The notes beneath the pieces are model-generated. The model made no database searches, was not told the DNA's origin, and saw nothing but the letters and a program-made list of their open reading frames with translations. The translations under genes were made by a program, and so were the position numbers. A DNA stretch of 18,127 nucleotides, taken from assembly GCA_029856435.1 (NCBI GenBank), contig JAHQXB010000031.1, positions 1-18,127 on the forward strand, read 5' to 3'. The DNA comes from Candidatus Jordarchaeia archaeon (GTDB lineage Archaea; Asgardarchaeota; Jordiarchaeia; Jordiarchaeales; Jordiarchaeaceae). Shown one piece after another: positions 7,923 to 16,133 of this stretch; position 1 is the first letter of the stretch; each line of letters starts with the position of its first letter.

Positions 7923-8744
7923 ATGGATTGGTTCTCGATTCTTATCTCGGTGCTGATAGGGCTTTGCTCGGGTGCTGTTACTGGCTTGATGGGTGCGAGT
8001 GGTGTGCTTATTGTGGTTCCTGCACTCACCATGGCTTTGAACTTGCCTGTTCATGTGGCAATTGGCACCAGCCTCGCAGTTGATGTGATTGCATCCATAA
8101 TAGTTTCTTATACATATTACCGGAATAGAAATGTAGATTTGAAATCTGGTATTTGGCTGGCTTTGGGGGCGGTTCTGGGTGCACAGTTGGGCAGTGTTAT
8201 TGCGGCTAATATTCCAGAGTTTGAGCTGGGAGGGGTTTTTTCGATATTTCTCATTCTTAGTGGGGTTGGCTTATGGAGGAGGGAGATAAGGCAGAGGCTG
8301 AGGCTTTTTTCGGGAGCTTCGGGAAAAATAAAAAGTGAAGGCGACTCCTACGTGGAGGTTATTGTTTCATTAGAGAAAAAGAAAATTGCAGTTACTCTTC
8401 TCATAGGTTTCATAATCGGTATAGTGAGCGGTATTCTGGGAGCAGGTGGGGGAGTAATGTTCCTCCTAGTCCTAATCTTTCTTCTGAAATACCCCATACA
8501 TAAGGCGATAGGAACCTCAACCCTAATTATGGCGATAACGGCAGCCTCTGGAGCCATAGGATACAGTCTTAATGGCAACATAAATCTCATAATTGGAGTT
8601 ATCATAGGAGCCGGCACAATAGTGGGTGGTAGGGTGGGTGCTATCTACGCTAATCGGGCTACGGAGGAAACCCTAGCAAAAACTGTGGGAATAATATTTA
8701 TTGTATTGGGAGTGGCCATGATAATAACACAAATAGTTCAATAA
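7923..8744 (+). CDS. Sulfite exporter TauE/SafE family membrane protein
   Basis: Two internal repeats (GAVTGLMGASGVLIVVP / GIVSGILGAGGGVMFL; AIGTSL / AIGTST; GAVLGAQLG / GTIVGGRVG). ATG 7923 follows GGTGAGGT. Confidence 0.9.
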   Translation: MDWFSILISVLIGLCSGAVTGLMGASGVLIVVPALTMALNLPVHVAIGTSLAVDVIASIIVSYTYYRNRNVDLKSGIWLALGAVLGAQLGSVIAANIPEFELGGVFSIFLILSGVGLWRREIRQRLRLFSGASGKIKSEGDSYVEVIVSLEKKKIAVTLLIGFIIGIVSGILGAGGGVMFLLVLIFLLKYPIHKAIGTSTLIMAITAASGAIGYSLNGNINLIIGVIIGAGTIVGGRVGAIYANRATEETLAKTVGIIFIVLGVAMIITQIVQ

Positions 8745-8892
8745 TTTTTTGATGTGGTGTCGTGTTACATTTTCACTTTTCAAACCTATCTATTTATTCT
8801 CTCAGAAAACCTCTCAAATTAACATTATAAAACCAAAAAATTCACCAAAAGCCATAAAAAATTAAAAAATAAGAAGTGTGTAACACACGTGA

Positions 8893-8906
8893 CAGAAATT
8901 TTATAA
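8893..8906 (+). promoter_or_regulatory. BRE/TATA promoter for the hydrolase gene
   Basis: CAGAAA-TTTTATAA about 55 nt upstream of the ATG. Confidence 0.5.
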
Positions 8907-8963
8907 AAGCTAAAATATTTGCAGGCTGAAAAATTTCTATTAATATGTGGGTAAAGATGGGAG

Positions 8964-10196
8964 ATGGTTGTGGTGGAAGGTGTTAAAGTTATTTCGATGG
9001 CTTCTGAAAAACTGCCCTTTAAGAGTCCAGAAATGAACTACCAGTTCATCCGAGCCTTAACCCATCCTTTTGGAGGCGCGGAGTTCGGTGAATGCTTTTA
9101 CGCTGCGGAGCATACAAATGATGGGGATCCCGAGAGCTGGGTTAAGGCATGGAACGAGGTCGCAGCTCGTGTTGAGGGGTGGGCTGAAGAAGCTCTAGCA
9201 CAGGGGCGCCGTTTTAGTGCTCGAAACAATTTTCTGCGAGCATCTAACTATTATAGGGCTGCTGAGTTTTATGCCCCTTGGAACACTCCTCAGCACCAAG
9301 AATTGTGGGAAAAGAGCAAGTCCTGTTTTCAACGTGCCGCACCCCTATTTGAGCCTCCCATAGAAGTTCTGGAGATTCCATTCGAGGGCAGAAAGTTACC
9401 TGGCTATTTCCTCACTGCTAGTGGCGGTGGTAAGCGTCCCACACTCATTGTTATGGGGGGATACGATAGTACAGGGGAGGAGCTTTACTTCTTCATTGGA
9501 GCCGCAGCCCAGCAAAGGGGGTACAATGCTTTAATTTTTGAGGGGCCGGGGCAACGGGGAGTTTTACACAGAGATCCCAGTATGGTTTTTAGGCCGGATT
9601 ATGAAAAGCCTGTGGGGGCTGTAGTGGATTATTCTCTGAGTAGACCGGAGATAGATGGTAAACGCTTGGCACTGATTGGTTTCAGCTTTGGGGGTTATCT
9701 CGCTCCAAGGGCGGCTGCATTTGAGAGGCGTATCCGAGCATTGATAGTTAACGCGCCCATTGTTAATTTTCGCCGTTTAGTTTTGGGAGCGCTGCCTTTC
9801 TCTATAGAGAAATTTTCGCCCTCCGAGTTGAATGAACTTATTCAGGGGGTAACTAGCAAAAACCCCATGTTTCGGGCGACTGTAGAAAATTTTCTCTGCC
9901 CTATGGGAGCTAGGACGCCTTGGGAATTCTTTGAGAGGATAGAAAAGTTCACCATTGAGGGATTAGAGGACAGAATTGAGTGCCCAACTCTTAGTTTGAT
10001 CAGTGTAGGTGAGGGGGAGGAAGCAGTGAAACAGGCAAGAGAGTTTCACGGGAGACTCTTATGTCCGAAAACTCTGAGAGTCTTCACAGTAGAGGAAGGC
10101 GCCGATGGACATTGCCAAGTTAACAATAGGAGCCTTATGTACCAAGTTATATTTGATTGGCTGGACGACATTTTCAAAAGTGAAGCAACAAATTGA
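8964..10196 (+). CDS. Alpha/beta-hydrolase (2,6-dihydroxypseudooxynicotine hydrolase/FrsA-like family)
   Basis: LRASNYYRAAEF, IEIPFEG-type strand, GGYDS, FEGPGQ, nucleophile GFSFGG, C-terminal GADGHCQ (His). The start could instead be ATG 8997. Confidence 0.85.
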   Translation: MVVVEGVKVISMASEKLPFKSPEMNYQFIRALTHPFGGAEFGECFYAAEHTNDGDPESWVKAWNEVAARVEGWAEEALAQGRRFSARNNFLRASNYYRAAEFYAPWNTPQHQELWEKSKSCFQRAAPLFEPPIEVLEIPFEGRKLPGYFLTASGGGKRPTLIVMGGYDSTGEELYFFIGAAAQQRGYNALIFEGPGQRGVLHRDPSMVFRPDYEKPVGAVVDYSLSRPEIDGKRLALIGFSFGGYLAPRAAAFERRIRALIVNAPIVNFRRLVLGALPFSIEKFSPSELNELIQGVTSKNPMFRATVENFLCPMGARTPWEFFERIEKFTIEGLEDRIECPTLSLISVGEGEEAVKQAREFHGRLLCPKTLRVFTVEEGADGHCQVNNRSLMYQVIFDWLDDIFKSEATN

Positions 10197-10311
10197 TACT
10201 CTTTTTTGGTTAAATAACGTATGACTGATACCCCCTTAATTTTTTTAACATGTTGGGATGAGTTTCTGTTTGGGTGGGACTTGAATTTAAGTTGTTTTCT
10301 AGGGGTTTTTG

Positions 10312-10374
10312 TTAATAATTTATTTTTATATTTATTTATTTTATTATTTAATTTATTTTTTATTTTAAATTTTT
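10312..10374. repeat. 63-bp G/C-free, T-rich low-complexity tract
   Basis: TTAATAATTTATTTTTATATTTATTTATTTTATTATTTAATTTATTTTTTATTTTAAATTTTT contains no G or C. Confidence 0.85.
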
Positions 10375-10583
10375 GGCGATTTAGATAGATTATTTTGCTT
10401 TTTATAGGTTAAATTAATAAGGGTTGGCATCTTTTAATTTGTTTGGCGGCTGATGTAGGATTGCGCGTGGGGGCAAAGCGGTGTTGAGAGTGTTACCAGT
10501 TTGAAGGCTAAAATTTGTAAAAACGTTTTTAAGTTTGTGAACTTATCAATCATTTGGCATATTTATTGTAAACTTCGCATAAT

Positions 10584-10603
10584 ACAAACCCTTTTTATAT
10601 TAA
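10584..10603 (+). promoter_or_regulatory. BRE/TATA promoter for the top6B-top6A operon
   Basis: CAAACC-C-TTTTTATA about 75 nt upstream of the top6B ATG. Confidence 0.5.
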
Positions 10604-10675
10604 AATGGGATTATTATTTTAGGAAAGACGCTGCATTTTCCTTAAAACTGTAAAATCGCTGGGGATGAAAACAGA

Positions 10676-12646
10676 ATGGCGGAATCCTCTTCGAAAGGTG
10701 TCATCAAGGAAGGAAGCATTGCCCAATTCATGAGGAAAAGAACACAACTAGTGGGTTTCTCAATAGAGAGGCACAAGCACACCCAATACGTTGCGGAATT
10801 TTTGGACAATGCTCTTGATGCAATTGAAACAGCTCATTGGAAATACAAAGCCTTCAATAATTTGAGTCCACAAAGCCCCCAAATAGAGTATAGTTTTAAA
10901 CCGCTAAATCGGAATGGGACGCGTATTAAGGTCACAGACATCTCTTCTAGGTTAAAGGAGCTGCTTGAGCCTCTAAATCCCATAATAAATGATGAGCCCC
11001 TAGCCCTCATTATAATTCAGAGGGTTGAGAAGCCCGAAATTTTGCCTGACGATATTCAGGGCAGTGACATTGAAATGTACTCTTTTGAAGCCTTCGACAA
11101 TGGTGTTGGAATGCGACCCGTGGATCTTGAAAAGTACGGAATATATTTAGCCTCTAGTAAGGCTGAAAAGTTGAAGCAGACTAGGGGCAGTCAAGGCTTT
11201 GGGGCGCCCAGCGCTTTTAGTGATGCCCAAAACACCACAGGCAAGCCTATTGTTGTGGTGAGCAAACACATTAAGGAGAGGAGGGGTGAAACCTCTGTTT
11301 TTTACACCACTGGGGAAAACACTAAAAAGTATAGTGTGCCGCCTACAGGTATTCAGGTTCCTTTTAAGCATGGAACTTATGTCCAACTCTCCTATCTTAA
11401 TGTTAAATATGTTAGAAGCTATGCTGATGAGTACGTACGCCAAACAGCGCTTCTAAACAGCCATGTAACAATCATTTTCGTGGATCCAAATGGCGATGTA
11501 GCTATTTATCCCAGACGCGTAAACCAGTTCCCTCCGGAGCCTATCTATACGGAGCCTCACCCGGAGTCCACCAGCATAGGCGACTTCCAAGATTTGATTA
11601 GGAACACGAAGCACAACAAACTAATTGACTTCCTCACAAAATCATTCTGTAGAATAGGGAGTAAGCGCGCAAAGGACATAATTGAAAATGCTAATAAAGA
11701 CCTCAGATACAAGTTGAGTCCCAACACACAGGTAAAGAAGCTCAGCGATGAACAAATAAACGCACTTTACAAGGCCTTCATAAGTATGAAGTATCCCTCA
11801 CCACCCGTAGACACTGTTGTCCCCGTTGGAAGAGAGGTGCTTCAAGAGGTTATTAAGAAACATTTTAACGCAGAATTTGTGGAAGCTACCACCCGTCCCC
11901 CTACAAGTAGTAAGGGCTTAGCCTTCGTGGTAGAAGCGGCAATCGCCTACGACCCAAATAATCCTGCACTAAACGATTCAGGGAACGCTGTTCTGTATAG
12001 ATTCACGAACCGCACACCAAAACTCAGAGATAACTCAGACTGCGCAATATGGAAGGCCGCCAGTAGTGTCAACTGGAAAAACTATAAGATAGATAGAGGA
12101 GATAATGGGCTGCCCAAGGGCCCCGTAAAGCTCTTTGTTAATGTAAGCGGACCCTTCGTTCACGTAATGTTCAAAGCCCAAAGCAAACAGGCTCTAGCCG
12201 CAGACGACATTCTGGTAAAAGAAATTAAGTTAGCTCTGGAAGAGCTGGGAAGAAAACTTAAGGCGCACATAGTGAAGGGAGAAATCGAAACCAGAAAAAG
12301 GCAGAGAGCACAAACACTACTGGAACACGCTAAAGTCTTCGCCAAGTCATTAGTATCAATAGAGGAAACCGACCCTGAACTAAAAGTCAAACCTACATAC
12401 GAAGAACTATACAAAAATATTGAAGAAATGATAATCTCAACTGAAAGAAAAACGGTGCAAAAAGAAAGAAAACAACACAAACCTAAAACAAACACAAAAA
12501 AGTCCAGAGAAAAAATAAAAACTGAGACCTTAGACAAAAGTATACCTAAACTCGAAACCAAACCTGAAACTAAGCCCGAAGCTAAGCCTGAAGCTGCGCC
12601 TGAAACCATTCCAACCGAGAGTTTAACCCAGATGGCTAAAACATAA
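10676..12646 (+). CDS. top6B: DNA topoisomerase VI subunit B (divergent, with insertion and C-terminal tail)
   Basis: GHKL motifs EFLDNALDA, DNGVGM, QTRGSQGFG, HGT. H2TH region (FCRIGSKRAKDI). Transducer RFTNRTP and FKAQSKQALA (switch Lys). Directly upstream of top6A. Confidence 0.95.
   Translation: MAESSSKGVIKEGSIAQFMRKRTQLVGFSIERHKHTQYVAEFLDNALDAIETAHWKYKAFNNLSPQSPQIEYSFKPLNRNGTRIKVTDISSRLKELLEPLNPIINDEPLALIIIQRVEKPEILPDDIQGSDIEMYSFEAFDNGVGMRPVDLEKYGIYLASSKAEKLKQTRGSQGFGAPSAFSDAQNTTGKPIVVVSKHIKERRGETSVFYTTGENTKKYSVPPTGIQVPFKHGTYVQLSYLNVKYVRSYADEYVRQTALLNSHVTIIFVDPNGDVAIYPRRVNQFPPEPIYTEPHPESTSIGDFQDLIRNTKHNKLIDFLTKSFCRIGSKRAKDIIENANKDLRYKLSPNTQVKKLSDEQINALYKAFISMKYPSPPVDTVVPVGREVLQEVIKKHFNAEFVEATTRPPTSSKGLAFVVEAAIAYDPNNPALNDSGNAVLYRFTNRTPKLRDNSDCAIWKAASSVNWKNYKIDRGDNGLPKGPVKLFVNVSGPFVHVMFKAQSKQALAADDILVKEIKLALEELGRKLKAHIVKGEIETRKRQRAQTLLEHAKVFAKSLVSIEETDPELKVKPTYEELYKNIEEMIISTERKTVQKERKQHKPKTNTKKSREKIKTETLDKSIPKLETKPETKPEAKPEAAPETIPTESLTQMAKT
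12548..12607 (+). repeat. Five degenerate 12-bp coding tandem repeats (KLET-KPET-KPEA-KPEA-APET)
   Basis: AAACTCGAAACC/AAACCTGAAACT/AAGCCCGAAGCT/AAGCCTGAAGCT/GCGCCTGAAACC. Confidence 0.85.
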
Positions 12647-12668
12647 GGCAGCGAGGAGGGAAAAATAG

Positions 12669-13862
12669 TTGCCGAAGGATAAAGTTGTCAAACAACCAAA
12701 AACTTCGGTGAATCTAGCGAAGGTGATTGAGTTAAAGGAAAAAATGAGGCATAAGAGCAAGCCCAAGTTTAAACCGCCAAGTAAGGCGGTGATTGTTGAA
12801 GAGTTACCCACGGATAAGGTTCACCAAAAAATTCATGAAACAGCGCGCCAGCTACTGTTGCAACTTGAGGAAGGGGAACCTCCAGTAATCTACATCCCTC
12901 AGAGAGGGGGAGACAACATAATTTATGATGAGGATAGTGACCTGTTGCTTCTGGGTGAGGGTAAAAGTGCTCGAGCTCTTTTGAGCCTGGCCACCTCTTC
13001 GGATGTGGCAAGGACTATGAGGGTGCTGGAACTAATACACACTCTGTTGGAAAAGGATATTCATGCCACGAAGCGTGAAATTTTCTACAACGATGTTAAC
13101 CTCTTTAAGGACCAGATTAATAGTGACAAAATAATAGATGATATTCCTCCACTGCTCAACACAACTCGTGACTCCACTCACGTGGTGGCAAGTGCTAAGG
13201 GTATGGCTATTGGCAGGCTGGTCATAAGGGATAGTGGGGATACAATAGATCTCACAAAATTGGGTAGCGGTGGCTGGTCTATTACTCCCTTCCTTGATAA
13301 AATTGAAGTCGTGGAGAGTGATGCGGAATTTATTCTGGTAGTGGAGAAGGACGCAGCGCTGATTCGGCTCAGTGAAGCAAAGTGGTGGAACCAATATCCC
13401 TGCATCATAATTACTGGCAAGGGCTCAGCGGATATAGCTACAAGAAGCTTCCTGAGAAAAATAGTAAAAACACTGAAGATCCCTGCATTTGCCCTAATGG
13501 ATAGTGACCCCTACGGCTCCTATATTTACAGCGTCTATCTAAGAGGCAGCAAGCGCCTCAGCTACGAGTCTCCATTTCTTGCAACCCCCGAATTAAAACT
13601 ATTAGGGGTTTTGAGCAGAGACCTAGATAAGTATAAGATTCCTAAGGAGTGCTGGCTTAAGATGACGGACAAAGACATTAAACGCGCAAAAGAGATGCTG
13701 AAGGAGCCCTTCGTTCAAAAGAATGAGGAGTGGGCCAATGATCTCAAGCTAATGATAGAACTTAAAAGAAAGGCGGAAATCCAAGCGCTAAGTAGCCACG
13801 GATTCGAGTACCTAACCGAAACCTACCTACCCCAAAAACTCTCAACCGGAGACTGGATCTAA
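12669..13862 (+). CDS. top6A: DNA topoisomerase VI subunit A (Spo11 family)
   Basis: ATKREIFY (catalytic Tyr), ILVVEKDA, IIITGKGSADIATR, DSDPYG, KAEIQAL. TTG start after GAGGAGGG. Confidence 0.96.
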   Translation: MPKDKVVKQPKTSVNLAKVIELKEKMRHKSKPKFKPPSKAVIVEELPTDKVHQKIHETARQLLLQLEEGEPPVIYIPQRGGDNIIYDEDSDLLLLGEGKSARALLSLATSSDVARTMRVLELIHTLLEKDIHATKREIFYNDVNLFKDQINSDKIIDDIPPLLNTTRDSTHVVASAKGMAIGRLVIRDSGDTIDLTKLGSGGWSITPFLDKIEVVESDAEFILVVEKDAALIRLSEAKWWNQYPCIIITGKGSADIATRSFLRKIVKTLKIPAFALMDSDPYGSYIYSVYLRGSKRLSYESPFLATPELKLLGVLSRDLDKYKIPKECWLKMTDKDIKRAKEMLKEPFVQKNEEWANDLKLMIELKRKAEIQALSSHGFEYLTETYLPQKLSTGDWI

Positions 13863-13902
13863 AAAGTTCATCATCTTCTATTCCCAGCTCTCCAATTACT
13901 GC

Positions 13903-13912
13903 TTCTTTTTTT
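13903..13912 (+). terminator. Possible archaeal oligo-T terminator of the top6 operon
   Basis: TTCTTTTTTT about 40 nt after the top6A stop. Confidence 0.35.
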
Positions 13913-14009
13913 ACTTTAGTGTTACACATATGTGTCACCCCTCTTTTTTAGAAAAAGTTGAAGACCCCCCCTAAACTAAACAGGAGTTTATCCTTTTTGA
14001 AAATTGTTC

Positions 14010-14135
14010 CGAGTCCTACGCGGTGTAGATTCGTTCGATTTCGCCTTCGAAAGAAGCTTTAATAGGGCTTCTTTTCTGATTTAGAGCCTCGAAATGGGGG
14101 ATAGAATCGGACTAATCTACATTACCCGAGTCCTA
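14010..14135. mobile_element. Candidate MITE (108 bp, IS1-like end) flanked by a 9-bp direct repeat
   Basis: CGAGTCCTA at 14010-14018 and 14127-14135. Ends CGCGGTGTAGATTCGTTCGATT versus (reverse complement) GGTAATGTAGATTAGTCCGATT match at 16/22. Confidence 0.55.
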
Positions 14136-14202
14136 TTCGAACAGATTTATTAAATGGTGGTTATTTACATTATTTTAAGGCGTTTTTGGGAGTTGGAAAA
14201 AG

Positions 14203-15039
14203 ATGATAAATGAGCATGAGCTCTTTGGGAGTATTGTGGAGGAGTGTCAGAAGGGCGAGAGAGAAGCATTAGAGAGAATGATAAAAATACTTTCAGATGA
14301 AAATGATAAAAGTAGTTCCAGCTTCTTTGAGTTCCTAGTAAAAATGGGCGAAACCGCAGTTAAACCCCTAATAGAGGCTCTAGCAATTAGTAAAGGCCAG
14401 TATAGTTTACCTCTAATGGAAGCCTTGGGAGAGATTGGAGACCCTCTAGCCATTTACGCACTAGCCACTAAGCTAAAAGATAAAGACTCGCAGGTACGCA
14501 GCACCGCAGCCCTAGCCATTGGGAAGATCAAGCATCCTAAAGCAGTGAAAGCCTTGACCCAAGCACTCAAGGACAAAAACTTTGTGGTGCGTAGAAACGC
14601 TGCAAGAGCCCTTGGAGAAATAAAAAATAGGGAAGCAGTAGGCGCCCTAATAAAAGCTCTTGGGGATAAGGACTGGCAGGTACGCAGCACCGCAGCTTGG
14701 GCTTTGGGGGAGATAAAGGATCCCGAAGCAGTTATACCTCTAACCAAAAAACTAAAAGATAAGGACAGAGAAGTCGTCATAAGAACCGTAGATGCTCTGA
14801 GAGCCATAGGGGATCCCCGGGCTGCAAAAGCCCTAATTAATGTTCTCGGTGAAAAAGGTGAAATACGCTACAAGGCAGTTTGGGCCCTTGGAGAGATGAG
14901 GGAACCCACAGCAGTGGAAACTCTAACTAGATTTTTAAAGGATCCTGACTGGAGGGTGCAGAAAAAGGCCGCCTGGGCCCTGAAAAGAATAAAGGGAGAA
15001 GAGGAAAAAAGAGAGGTAGGCATCGAGTTAGAAGAATGA
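14203..15039 (+). CDS. HEAT repeat (PBS lyase/EZ-HEAT-like) protein
   Basis: About 6-7 repeats of 31 aa with consensus L..AL.D.D..VR..AA.ALG.I.D..AV. Confidence 0.92.
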   Translation: MINEHELFGSIVEECQKGEREALERMIKILSDENDKSSSSFFEFLVKMGETAVKPLIEALAISKGQYSLPLMEALGEIGDPLAIYALATKLKDKDSQVRSTAALAIGKIKHPKAVKALTQALKDKNFVVRRNAARALGEIKNREAVGALIKALGDKDWQVRSTAAWALGEIKDPEAVIPLTKKLKDKDREVVIRTVDALRAIGDPRAAKALINVLGEKGEIRYKAVWALGEMREPTAVETLTRFLKDPDWRVQKKAAWALKRIKGEEEKREVGIELEE

Positions 15040-15101
15040 ATACTTAAAAAAGCGACAAAAACCAGCATACTCCCCCTAGAATATACAACTTGTTTTAAAT
15101 C

Positions 15102-15154
15102 TTGACACTCCCCGCAACTAAAAGTCGCGGGCTTTCTCACCAACAGCTTTGTAA
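15102..15154 (-). mobile_element. IS200/IS605 (IS608-like) non-autonomous mini-element, copy 2
   Basis: Minus strand TTAC|AAAGCTGTTGGTGAG-AAAG-CCCGCGACTTTTAGTTGCGGGG-AGTGTCAA; 47/53 identical to 1302-1354. Confidence 0.8.
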
Positions 15155-15523
15155 TTTATGCTCATTATAAAGTGGCTGCAAATTGACTGAAACATATTTT
15201 TCACAATGGCTATATTTTTCCATTCGCATGAATTTAACTTTCTTTGGATTTGTTAACTGGAAGCAGATGTATTTGCCCTTGCCCAGATACTTGAAATCTT
15301 GGGGTTTGGCTGGGATGAGGTTGCTTCCATGGAGTGTGTATTTCCACGTGATTCTCACAAATGTTTCCTCTGCAAGGAGCCATATTTGGGGCGGGGTAGT
15401 TGCCCACCTCTCCTTCTCTTCGCTCCAAATGTGGGAGCTGTCCTCATCAAGTGTGATGGTTTTTGGTGTTGAGATGTTTTTCTCTGAGACTTACCCAAGT
15501 ACCTTGGAGTCGACTTTGGCCAT
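15137..15523 (-). pseudogene. Hypothetical gene with an in-frame TAA (codon 11) and 3' end supplied by the mini-element
   Basis: ATG 15523: MAKVDSKVLG*VSEKNISTPKTITLDEDSSHIWSEEKERWATTPPQIWLLAEETFVRITWKY...NEHKLQSCW*. AT-rich promoter-like sequence lies upstream. The final TGA lies within the mini-element. Confidence 0.4.
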
Positions 15524-15962
15524 CGTTAGTATATAATATTTTGAAAAGTTTTTGAATCAAAATTGCTCTTAAATATGCTTTTTTAGCTTCTCTTTTCGGT
15601 AGAGAAGCTTCTTTTCACAACCAAAATGATTCAAAAATTTCGCTAAATACTATACCTTTAAAGATTTTTGAGAGATCTATTTGTTTTTCATTTAGGAGAA
15701 AATTAAGTTTTTCGAAATCTTTTACTTGACGGTTACTCTTGTGGGTCGCTGTTTGGAAAAATGGGAGGTTCATCCATGAAAAACTTTCTGGGGGGAGCGG
15801 GAAAAGCCATTTTTATACTATTACCTAAAGGTTTTTGTATGTTTTTTGAAGCTCAGAAAAGAGAAGCGTTTTACTCTTAGTTTCTGGTGAGTCTTGTATG
15901 CGATGGGTGAAATAGTGGCAATTGAAAAGGAAATAAGGGGTATTCACGAAGTGAGGGAGAGG

Positions 15963-16006
15963 GAAGTCTAAGACTTCAATAAAGGTTATATAATAGTTAT
16001 AACTAT
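15963..16006. promoter_or_regulatory. Two perfect palindromes upstream of the transporter (putative operators)
   Basis: GAAGTCT-A-AGACTTC (15963-15977) and ATAGTTATAACTAT (15993-16006), flanking a TTATATAA TATA-like box. Confidence 0.45.
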
Positions 16007-16133
16007 AAAGATAAGCTTAGACTGAGTTATTATTACCCTTAAAACAAACTTAAAATCCTATTATTATGTGATACTTCGGTTTTGATTCTTTTGCTTTTCA
16101 GCTTGGGATTATCTCCTCTTAAAGGAGGAATGA

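Noticed and set aside
10200-10670. Replication origin
   Set aside because: AT-rich tract present, but no ORB-like repeats or orc1/cdc6 gene in the window.
14023-14122. Cas12a-like repeat (GTGTAGAT / ATCTAC) or hammerhead core (CTGA...GAAA)
   Set aside because: The halves are in the wrong order and 80 nt apart, with no array. The hammerhead CUGANGA consensus and stem II are not met.
15491-15493. Stop-codon recoding (Sec/Pyl) in the 15523 ORF
   Set aside because: The stop is TAA, not TGA or TAG, and no SECIS-like element is evident.
15183-15536. 117-aa plus-strand ORF
   Set aside because: TTG start without SD; composition looks antisense; the minus-strand frame has a better start context.
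15889-15915. Group II intron domain V-like string (GAGTCTTGTATGCGATGGG)
   Set aside because: No complementary 3' arm, no AGC triad hairpin and no RT gene.
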